From an uncultured Gammaproteobacteria bacterium (GTDB lineage Bacteria > Pseudomonadota > Gammaproteobacteria > JAIEPX01), in NCBI GenBank assembly GCA_964567285.1, contig CAZMLO010000005.1:55866-119865 (forward strand): DNA of 64,000 nt, written 5' to 3'. The translations under genes and the position numbers were made by a program. Within the stretch, counting starts at the first letter, position 1; the number at the start of each line of letters is the position of its first letter. A model generated the notes under the pieces. It ran no database searches and had not been told where the DNA came from. It worked only from the letters and a program-made list of their open reading frames with translations. Positions 21,169-28,839 of the stretch are shown here, piece after piece.

Positions 21169-24100
21169 AAAAATGATCAATCTGGCATAGTTAACGCTGA
21201 AATCATGAGCCCTCACTTGAATGAGGAAATGGATAGATATGTTGTAGTTTCAAGGCTTGTTTTGGTTTACACTCATTTTTATCGGGACGCCGGTTGGGCA
21301 CAAGTACTCTCTCGAAGTGAATCGAGTTATTAACTAAGGGAAATGCCGTGAAAAAATCAAAAATGCAGCTGCATATAGAAGATATTTTTGCTCGTAAGGC
21401 AAAGTGTAGTGATAACGATACTTCTTTGGCTGATGTCCTTGAGCGAGATATAGCAACCTCATTTGCTGGAGGGAATAAATTTATCTATGAGCTACTACAA
21501 AATGCAGATGATGCGGGTAAAAATAGCAATGTCGAAGTTTTGTTCAAGTTGTTCGAATTCGCTGGGGATAACTACCTTTTATTCTCCCATACTGGCGGTG
21601 GGTTTGAAGAGGGTGATGTCAATAAAATCACTTCCTATGCTAACCAGCGTGTAGAAGAAAAGACTATTGATCCAAATAAAATTGGTTATAAGGGTATCGG
21701 ATTTAAGGCGATATTTACTATCGCGCGTTCGGTGGTGATTTTTTCTAAGGGATATCAATTCCGATTTGATAGTGAATATGAAAAGTGGAGAGAGTCTGGT
21801 AAAGGGGAAGCTTATCCTTGGCAAATTATACCCATTTGGACTGAAGTTAATGAGTTGCCTGAGCCAGTAAGAGTGAGTATGACTAATAATATCAATGTCA
21901 ATTTCTTAGTCAAAATAAAGCCAAAAAATAATATTAAGTCTGCGATGGAATTTCTCCAAAATAATACTAGGATTTTGCTTTTTTTAAGACGTGTCCGAAA
22001 ATTGACGATTGCATTTTCAGAGAAATCTCAGACAAAAATTGAATCCCGGCATCGTCCTGAGGGACAATGTGACATCTTGTTAGATGGTAAACCTTATCGT
22101 AGTTGGTTGATAAAATCCTATAACCTTAAAATACCTCCTCAAATTTCCGAGATTTTGTCAGATATGAGTTCTCATGCCTGTCCAGAAAGGTTGAAAAAAG
22201 CAGATTCAGTGACAATTACCTTCGCAGGGCTTCTTGAGAAAGGTCAGTTGGTGCATTCTGCAAATCTCGCTGTATATTGTTATCTACCCACACAAGTGGA
22301 TTGTGGCTTGCCTTTTGTGATAAATGGGGATTTTCTTCTTGATCCAGCTAGAGCCTATTTGGCAGATAACAAATGGAATGAATTTTTAATGGGCAGCTTC
22401 GCACAAAAGCAATTTGAATGGCTAGCTGAATTAAGTTCTTCCGATAACTACCGGTTACAGGTGTTAAATGTATTGAGCCATAATGCACTTACATCCCTTT
22501 CACCGGGGATTTCTGCAAGTTTTCGCAAAGAGTATGATAAGGCCTCAAAATCCATTGCATTTATACCAGGCGATGTTGCTCAAAACCCTATACTTTTATC
22601 CAAAGCTTTAATTGATGAAACCAACTTTTATACAGTTTTTCCTGAACTGACGCCCCCTAATACCTCTAAACGTCTTGTACATCCCCAATTGGAAAATCTC
22701 AAGATACTACACAAAATAGGGGTAGAGAAAATATCGTTTAAAGACTTGGTGAAATCTATAGAGATACATGCAAATGAGAATAAGAATCCTGAATTTCAAA
22801 TACGATTAATCAAATTTATTTGGCAGCATGAGAAGAAATTTGATGCATCCGCTTTTAAAGCCAAGAAGTTTTTATTATCTCAGGATGGAACCGTATTGGA
22901 GCCTTCACAACTCTATTTTCCTTCTCAGGGTTCAGTTGCAGAGTTTTCCGGATACAAGGGATTAAAATTTTTACATAATAGAATCATTAGTGCCTTTGCA
23001 GAAGACAAGAGAATATTACAATGGCTAAAGGATTTAGGTGTCAATAACTCTAGTCCTTTACAGATCTTACGTGGGTATGTTTTCGATTTAATTAAAAAAA
23101 ATGAGATAACTCAAAATAATGTGGTCGAGCTAACCCGATTTGCAATGCACGTGGCTCGCGATAATAAGGTTACAACAGCTGATTGGGAGATGCTCTCTTG
23201 CATGCCTATACTGACTGAAAGTGGATTATTGCAAAAACCCTTCGACCTTTATTTGCCTGACCTTTTACGACCATTGATCCCGTTACAAGAGGTTATGCAG
23301 AATAAGTCAATCTACGTCTCAAGAGCATATTATTCAGATATACACGCTGGAGTTCGTGATTATGAAATGCAGTCTTGGCAGCAGTATTTTATTAAGGTTG
23401 GAGTACATGCTGATATCCGCTTTGTTTCAGAAGAAGTCAGTATAGAAAAAGGGGATCAGCAGTTGGCATTTTTTCTTAAATATAGGACCTTCTTGAAAAC
23501 TACGGGTAAAACATCGAGTACAATCAAACCGTATCATAGAATACTACATTTAGTATATGCACCTTTGATGAAACATCTAACTACCAACCCTTCGTTTGCA
23601 AAAATATTTGTACAGCGATTACTGGAGCAGTGGCGTACCATAAGCTCAGGCTACCAATCTTGTTATCGTGATGGTAATTCACAGGGTAAAGACTTAAATG
23701 TCAGCTATCTGCAGTTTGTTTTTCAGACTGAGGCCTGTTTTCCGGGGTTTGATGGGAAATTGTATAAGACAACTGACTTATATGATAGGTCTTTTGAAGC
23801 ATTATCTGAATATGATAGATCCCTGGTCACGACGGATAAGGATTTGGACCTAACACCGCCTCAAATCGAATTTTTCAAGATTAAAAATCAATTGTCGTTT
23901 GATCAATGCGTCAACTTACTGAAGCGGTTTAAAGATGAGATAGAGTTAATATGTTTCGTAATCGTATGGCGTCAGTTGCTACAAATGGAAAGCGACTTAA
24001 GTGATGATCAGAGAACAAAATTATTAAGCCTAAATATTCTATTGCCTAATTCAAATCATAGGCTGTGTCCACGTGATCAAATTGCCTGTTTTGCGGTACC

Positions 24101-25853
24101 CGGTGAAGATCCTCCTTTGCACTCCGATAAGTTTTTACTCCACTTTAACGATTTCACTCAAGCAGAGATGGTGCGAATTGCCAGATTGCTTGGTGTGAAA
24201 GTGCTGGGAGAGCGAGTCAGGATTCTAGATTTTGATGGAAAAGAGCCTGTTCCCGATTTGAAGACGAGCTCCTTTTTTTGTGAACCCATTATCAAAGAGT
24301 CATCCTGGTCTTATCTGAGCCTTGCTGTTTGGTTAGAACACAGACGACGCACACTCAATGCACAGAGTCTCTGGGATACCATTATCGCAAAATTCATTCA
24401 ATTAAAGTTTTATAGAGTAGAGCGGCTCAGTTATCATTTTGGTGACAAGTCCGACACCGTTGTCAATGTGCAAGTATGTCTTGATGAAACCAAAATTTAC
24501 TATGTGAGGGACTGGAAAAGAAAGCCGTTGCGTTTAGCTGAATTTTTGAAATTACTGGGTTCGTATTTAGTCATCTCAGAGAGTACACTCTTCGAATTGG
24601 AACGTTTAATTCTTGCCTTAAACCGAAATGAAGATCCTAGAGAGTATCTGTCAGCATGGCATTTGCCAGCACATCCCAATGTTAAACAAATTTTTCCAGA
24701 GTCTGTAAAACCACAAGAACCGACTCCGGAAGGGAATGGAGCAGGGCAAAGTCAAGAAAATTTTGGGAATGAGAAGGATATCTTTGCTAATGCTTTTGAA
24801 GATGAAACATCTGACGATAATTTTCAACAAGGTGAGGAAACGGAGGAGGATTCCTATGAATTAGCGACTCCTCCGAGTGGTTCTATTAAAAGACCCTCAA
24901 CCTCTGTCAATACACCCCTCAGAAAATCAGAAACATCATCAGCCTCTTCTCAAAGAAAACCTGTTGTAGAAAATGAGGGAATTCGTTTAGTTGATGTGGA
25001 GCAATTTGATTATGAACAACTATTCAAAATTCAAGAAGCGAATTTGACGGTTAGACAATCTAGCACAACGAAAGTAAAGGTTTCTGTAGAATTATTTGAG
25101 TCTGGTTCAGCCAAACAACGGCGACCAAATGATGCCTCTAATGAAGCTGATGAAGCGAATCATTCTAATGCGGACACTGTTCCAAGAGAAACGGATAGTC
25201 CGAGAAGTCCCAAATTCTTTGAACCCAGCGCTAAACCAGCTTTAACCAAAGCTGATAAGGATAGGATCGGTCGTTGTGGAGAAAGAATGATATATTTGAG
25301 GCAACGTTATCGCTACGAAAAGAAATATCCAAAATGTACAATTATAGAAAAAGCAAATGGGTTTCAGGTATTAGGGCAAGACCATCAAGACAAACCCGTT
25401 GATATTAAAGTCGTCTGGCATAACATGGATGCAAAACGTGATGAAGATCGAGATATTACGATTGTTAAGGCCACCGGGAAGCGCTATTTAGAAGTGAAAG
25501 CAACTACAACCGATAAGCCAGAGTTTAATTGGACCGCGCGAGAAGTTGCTCTTGCTAAACGTAAGGGGGATCGTTATAAGTTATTTCATATAGTTTCAAT
25601 GAGTTCAAACCCTATTGTCACTAAAATCAAAAATCCTGCTGCCAAACTAGGGGCTGAAATGCAGATTATCGGTTATAGGGTGAAGTTTTAAGGAATAATT
25701 GTCGATATTACAAGTTTCGGTGCTTTCGTCGAACTAAATCCGGTTTGTGTGTAATGCCTGCTCCATATCACTGCACTCGAAAACGACTACTATTCCTACG
25801 ATGCGCCTCACTACCGACTCGTTGGCCAAGGCTCCGGTCGCCAATATCGCTTG
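21156..25853 (+). mobile_element. Putative integrated genomic islet (about 4.7 kb, AT-rich) at the rnr 3' end carrying a single giant gene; no integrase retained
   Basis: Bounded by duplicated rnr 3' segments with an identical 68-bp core; GC and codon usage visibly lower than flanking genes. Confidence 0.5.
21348..25691 (+). CDS. Giant protein: N-terminal sacsin/NOV-like GHKL (HATPase_c_3-type) ATPase + long uncharacterised middle + acidic disordered linker + C-terminal DUF3883 (restriction-endonuclease-fold) domain
   Basis: YELLQNADDAG, LLFSHTGGGFEEGDV and KIGYKGIGFKAIFTIARSVVIFSKGYQFRFD match the sacsin/NO-VEIN GHKL boxes; C-term RIGRCGERMIYL...DIKVVW...YLEVKATT...REVALAKRKGDRYKLFHI matches the DUF3883 pattern. 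Confidence 0.7.
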   Translation: MKKSKMQLHIEDIFARKAKCSDNDTSLADVLERDIATSFAGGNKFIYELLQNADDAGKNSNVEVLFKLFEFAGDNYLLFSHTGGGFEEGDVNKITSYANQRVEEKTIDPNKIGYKGIGFKAIFTIARSVVIFSKGYQFRFDSEYEKWRESGKGEAYPWQIIPIWTEVNELPEPVRVSMTNNINVNFLVKIKPKNNIKSAMEFLQNNTRILLFLRRVRKLTIAFSEKSQTKIESRHRPEGQCDILLDGKPYRSWLIKSYNLKIPPQISEILSDMSSHACPERLKKADSVTITFAGLLEKGQLVHSANLAVYCYLPTQVDCGLPFVINGDFLLDPARAYLADNKWNEFLMGSFAQKQFEWLAELSSSDNYRLQVLNVLSHNALTSLSPGISASFRKEYDKASKSIAFIPGDVAQNPILLSKALIDETNFYTVFPELTPPNTSKRLVHPQLENLKILHKIGVEKISFKDLVKSIEIHANENKNPEFQIRLIKFIWQHEKKFDASAFKAKKFLLSQDGTVLEPSQLYFPSQGSVAEFSGYKGLKFLHNRIISAFAEDKRILQWLKDLGVNNSSPLQILRGYVFDLIKKNEITQNNVVELTRFAMHVARDNKVTTADWEMLSCMPILTESGLLQKPFDLYLPDLLRPLIPLQEVMQNKSIYVSRAYYSDIHAGVRDYEMQSWQQYFIKVGVHADIRFVSEEVSIEKGDQQLAFFLKYRTFLKTTGKTSSTIKPYHRILHLVYAPLMKHLTTNPSFAKIFVQRLLEQWRTISSGYQSCYRDGNSQGKDLNVSYLQFVFQTEACFPGFDGKLYKTTDLYDRSFEALSEYDRSLVTTDKDLDLTPPQIEFFKIKNQLSFDQCVNLLKRFKDEIELICFVIVWRQLLQMESDLSDDQRTKLLSLNILLPNSNHRLCPRDQIACFAVPGEDPPLHSDKFLLHFNDFTQAEMVRIARLLGVKVLGERVRILDFDGKEPVPDLKTSSFFCEPIIKESSWSYLSLAVWLEHRRRTLNAQSLWDTIIAKFIQLKFYRVERLSYHFGDKSDTVVNVQVCLDETKIYYVRDWKRKPLRLAEFLKLLGSYLVISESTLFELERLILALNRNEDPREYLSAWHLPAHPNVKQIFPESVKPQEPTPEGNGAGQSQENFGNEKDIFANAFEDETSDDNFQQGEETEEDSYELATPPSGSIKRPSTSVNTPLRKSETSSASSQRKPVVENEGIRLVDVEQFDYEQLFKIQEANLTVRQSSTTKVKVSVELFESGSAKQRRPNDASNEADEANHSNADTVPRETDSPRSPKFFEPSAKPALTKADKDRIGRCGERMIYLRQRYRYEKKYPKCTIIEKANGFQVLGQDHQDKPVDIKVVWHNMDAKRDEDRDITIVKATGKRYLEVKATTTDKPEFNWTAREVALAKRKGDRYKLFHIVSMSSNPIVTKIKNPAAKLGAEMQIIGYRVKF

Positions 25854-25931
25854 GGCGACCCAATATTTGTCCAAGTCGCCAGAGTAGATGTTGATGAGCG
25901 TCAAATAGATTTTGTTTTAGCCAAAAAATAA
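25692..25931 (+). pseudogene. Displaced/duplicated rnr 3' end fragment (candidate attR); frameshifted remnant
   Basis: Encodes GIIVDITSFGAFVELNPVCV*...HITALENDYYSYDAPHYRLVGQGSGRQYRLGDPIFVQVARVDVDERQIDFVLAKK, near-identical to the RNase R S1-domain C-terminus but with an internal stop/frameshift; begins directly after the stop codon of the giant gene. Confidence 0.8.
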
Positions 25932-25945
25932 ATTTTGTAACATCG

Positions 25946-26362
25946 CTATAAAAATGGATTAATTAAATCTAATTCAGTGTTATCAAAGTCGCTAATGTTG
26001 CGTGTGGCTACTGTGCAATTATGCGCACGGGCTATCGCTGCAATTTGTCCATCAGCAATGCTCATTGGTTTGCCCAGTATTTTCCTTTGGCTCATAATGG
26101 TTCCATATTGATGAGCGGCTACTTCATCGAAGGTGAAAATACGGTACTCAAAAGCTTCACGTACAACACTATTAAAGGCCTTTTCCAAATTCTTGCGTCT
26201 CTTTCCGGAGGGTAAAACATTAATTCTGTAGGCTAGCTCTGCAATGGTGATCGTGGAAATATAAAGATGCATAATATTTTGCTGATCTATCCAAGTTACT
26301 ACCTTAGGGTCGGGTGCAGGTTTCATCATCTCAGAAATAATGTTGGTATCAATCAGTATCAT
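25946..26362 (-). CDS. vapC: PIN-domain toxin VapC/FitB-like
   Basis: MILIDTNIISEMMKP... with conserved acidic residues of the PIN fold; overlaps the upstream antitoxin gene by 14 nt. Confidence 0.75.
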   Translation of the reverse strand: MILIDTNIISEMMKPAPDPKVVTWIDQQNIMHLYISTITIAELAYRINVLPSGKRRKNLEKAFNSVVREAFEYRIFTFDEVAAHQYGTIMSQRKILGKPMSIADGQIAAIARAHNCTVATRNISDFDNTELDLINPFL

Positions 26363-26594
26363 CAGAAAAATCCATAGGTTCATGTGGCTTGCGAGGATTA
26401 ATCAATTCTAAATCGACTCCATTTTCAGCACCAAAATGTTTGCGGAAAATGTCGCTGATACGATCTGGGGTCTTAACAGCCAAGATAAGAATTCGCCGTA
26501 CTTCTTCTTCCATGGGGACACCGTGCCTTGCCGCTCTTATCCTTAATTGCTCATAGACGCTGTCATCTAGCTTTCTTACACTTAAGCTTGCCAT
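26349..26594 (-). CDS. vapB: Antitoxin VapB/FitA-like (ribbon-helix-helix)
   Basis: 81 aa MASLSVRKLDDSVYEQLRIRAARHGVPMEEEVRRIL typical of FitA/StbC-type antitoxins. Confidence 0.65.
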   Translation of the reverse strand: MASLSVRKLDDSVYEQLRIRAARHGVPMEEEVRRILILAVKTPDRISDIFRKHFGAENGVDLELINPRKPHEPMDFSDDTD

Positions 26595-26624
26595 TTGTTT
26601 AACTCCTAACTAACTTTATACTTA

Positions 26625-26646
26625 AATGCTAGCATGCGCTAGCATT
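26625..26646. promoter_or_regulatory. 22-bp perfect palindrome AATGCTAGCATGCGCTAGCATT about 30 nt upstream of vapB: candidate vapBC operator
   Basis: Seen in sequence; TA antitoxin complexes typically autoregulate via such palindromes in their own promoter. Confidence 0.5.
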
Positions 26647-26863
26647 GCTGTCAAGTGCTATCAATAATATATTCGGCTGCTCAAGTCTTAATTTTCAGCG
26701 CTCTTTCATTTCTCGCTACGATTGTTTGTGCAATATCCGGGTTTAATTTTATCAACAGATGCCATATTTCGGGAATTGTATTAGATTGTAAAACCTGGAT
26801 TTACAAGGTAATATGAAATTATTAGCGGTTCCCGCTATACACTACGCGATGGGGGTTTATTAA

Positions 26864-26961
26864 GGGGGAGAAGCGCAGCTCTCCCCCTTAACTGGTTAAT
26901 GTAAACTTTGTTTACATTAACCATCAATAAATGGGAAGGAGATTCCCGCGCTAGCGGGAAC
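26864..26961. promoter_or_regulatory. Cluster of three hairpins upstream of yhhQ-tgt
   Basis: Three palindromes within 100 bp immediately 5' of the yhhQ start: GGGGGAG-N10-CTCCCCC (26864-26887); a perfect 13-bp inverted repeat GGTTAATGTAAAC-TTT-GTTTACATTAACC (26894-26922); and TTCCCGCGCTAGCGGGAAC (26943-26961). Confidence 0.4.
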
Positions 26962-26975
26962 TCCTGTGAACTTAT

Positions 26976-27632
26976 ATGAATGAGCTAATTTTTATATTAC
27001 AGGTAGTGGCAGTTGTTGGGGCTGTCATGGTAGGGCGGCGGTTAGATAAAGAGGCGCTGATGGTGCTGGCAGTTCTGCTGGCGGTCTTTGCTAACTTCTT
27101 TGTGCTCAAACAAATCGACATCATGGGTTGGACGGTCACCTGCGCCGATGCCTATGTGGTCGGTCATCTTTTGTGTTTAAATTGGCTTCAGCAAGAATAT
27201 GGTAAGGCGTTCGCGAATAAAACTGTTCAGCTCAGTTTTGGAGCAATGCTCGTTTTTGCTATCTTGTCTCAGATTCATTTAATCTTTGTGCCAAGCTCGG
27301 TTGATGTTACTCAGGAACACTATCAGGCCTTACTGGGGATTGCTCCTCGACTTCTGCTGGCCTCCTTAGCCACCTTTTATTTGGTGCAAAGGCTCGATAT
27401 TTATTTATTCGGTAAAATCCTCGATTGGATGCCACAAACAGCTTGGAAAATTCGTTCCGCGATTTCGCTTCTGATCTCTCAGGCAGTTGATACGTTGCTC
27501 TTCACTTTATTAGGGCTCTATGGGGTTGTGGATAATTGGCTGGCGATTTTCTGGATGAGTTTTGTGGTCAAGTGTGCTGTGATCGGGCTGATGGCAATGA
27601 CGTGGAGAGAGAAGAAGGTCTATGAAGTTTGA
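26976..27632 (+). CDS. yhhQ: Queuosine-precursor transporter family protein (DUF165/VUT, YhhQ-like)
   Basis: ASLATFYLVQRLDIYLFGKI and ISQAVDTLLFTLLGL align with the E. coli YhhQ segments ASFMAYALGQILDVHVFNRL and NVSDTLAFFFIAF; directly upstream of and overlapping tgt. Confidence 0.6.
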   Translation: MNELIFILQVVAVVGAVMVGRRLDKEALMVLAVLLAVFANFFVLKQIDIMGWTVTCADAYVVGHLLCLNWLQQEYGKAFANKTVQLSFGAMLVFAILSQIHLIFVPSSVDVTQEHYQALLGIAPRLLLASLATFYLVQRLDIYLFGKILDWMPQTAWKIRSAISLLISQAVDTLLFTLLGLYGVVDNWLAIFWMSFVVKCAVIGLMAMTWREKKVYEV

Positions 27633-28743
27633 GCTAGTGCATCAGTCAAAAAAATCAAGAGCACGCGTTGGACGAATTCATACCGCCCATGGGGTTATCG
27701 ACACGCCCAGTTTCGTGGCCGTTGGGACAAATGCGACACTGAAGGCCCTGGATAGTCGAACAGTGGATGAGATCGGTCTACAGCTGATGTTTTGCAATAC
27801 CTATCATCTGATGTTGCAACCCGGATCAACTGTTGTGCGAGATGCAGGCGGCATTCACAAGTTCATGAATCGCACCATGCCGATCATCACAGATTCAGGT
27901 GGTTTTCAGGTTTTTTCTTTGGCCTATGGCTCAGTGGCCAGTGAGCTCAAAAGCAAGGGAACTAAGCAGTCGACCAATTCAGTATTAAAAATCACCGAAG
28001 AAGGCGTGCTATTCCGTTCGTACCGCGATGGCCAAAAGGTCTTACTAACACCAGAAACTTCTGTTCAAGCCCAAAAAGATATCGGTGCGGATATCATTAT
28101 TCCCTTTGATGAGCTGCCGCCTTATCACATAGGACAAGAAGCTTTGGTGAAATCCCTTGAAAGAACCCATCGCTGGGAAAAAAGATCCTTGGATGCGCAT
28201 CTTTCGAATCCTCTTCATCAAGCAATGTATGCTGTGGTCCATGGCGGAATCGATCCAGAACTCAGGCTGCAAAGTTGCCGCTTTCTAAGAGAGCTTCCTT
28301 TTGATGGATTTGCCATAGGTGGAAGCGTAGGAAAGAACAAAACAGAAATGATCACGATGCTCAGTCAGATGATGCCGGAACTTCCCACGGATCGGCCGAA
28401 TCACTTGCTGGGAATTGGAGATCTACCTTCAATTGCAGAATGCATTCCACTCGGGATAGATACCTTCGATAGTTCGTATCCCACCAAAGCCGCAAGACAC
28501 GGAACAGCGTTTACTCATAATGGCCCCCTATACCTCACTAAAGGCGAAAATGTTTTGCGATTAGAACCCATCGATAAAAATTGCACCTGCCATACCTGTA
28601 CACATTATACTGTGGCTTATTTAAATCATTTATTCAAAGCCAGAGAAGTCAGCGCGCTGACACTCGTCACAATCCACAATCTCCATTACATGGTACAACT
28701 GATGGCCTCCTACCGAGAAAAAATCTGCGCCAATCTTGTTTAA
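27622..28743 (+). CDS. tgt: Queuine tRNA-ribosyltransferase
   Basis: MKFELVHQSKKSRARVGRIHTAHGVIDTPSFVAVGT N-terminus and CTCHTCTHY zinc site. Confidence 0.95.
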   Translation: MKFELVHQSKKSRARVGRIHTAHGVIDTPSFVAVGTNATLKALDSRTVDEIGLQLMFCNTYHLMLQPGSTVVRDAGGIHKFMNRTMPIITDSGGFQVFSLAYGSVASELKSKGTKQSTNSVLKITEEGVLFRSYRDGQKVLLTPETSVQAQKDIGADIIIPFDELPPYHIGQEALVKSLERTHRWEKRSLDAHLSNPLHQAMYAVVHGGIDPELRLQSCRFLRELPFDGFAIGGSVGKNKTEMITMLSQMMPELPTDRPNHLLGIGDLPSIAECIPLGIDTFDSSYPTKAARHGTAFTHNGPLYLTKGENVLRLEPIDKNCTCHTCTHYTVAYLNHLFKAREVSALTLVTIHNLHYMVQLMASYREKICANLV

Positions 28744-28839
28744 TCATCAATTAGTGTGAGATGGCAAAACCTTTGGATTTTTGTCCAGCACGGGCTGAAA
28801 GGCACGTTGCATCTGGAGGCAAGTTGTTAGATCTTAAGA

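Noticed and set aside
21463-21824. Small ORFs within the giant gene (21463-21654 +, 21579-21824 -)
   Set aside because: Out-of-frame or antisense within a continuous 1447-codon ORF with recognisable domains.
26923-26975. Possible preQ1 riboswitch upstream of the yhhQ-tgt operon
   Set aside because: The hairpin TTCCCGC-GCTAG-CGGGAA has a 5-nt loop and no A-rich ACUA tail; the same hairpin motif recurs upstream of surE, so it behaves as a repeat or operator rather than a preQ1 aptamer.
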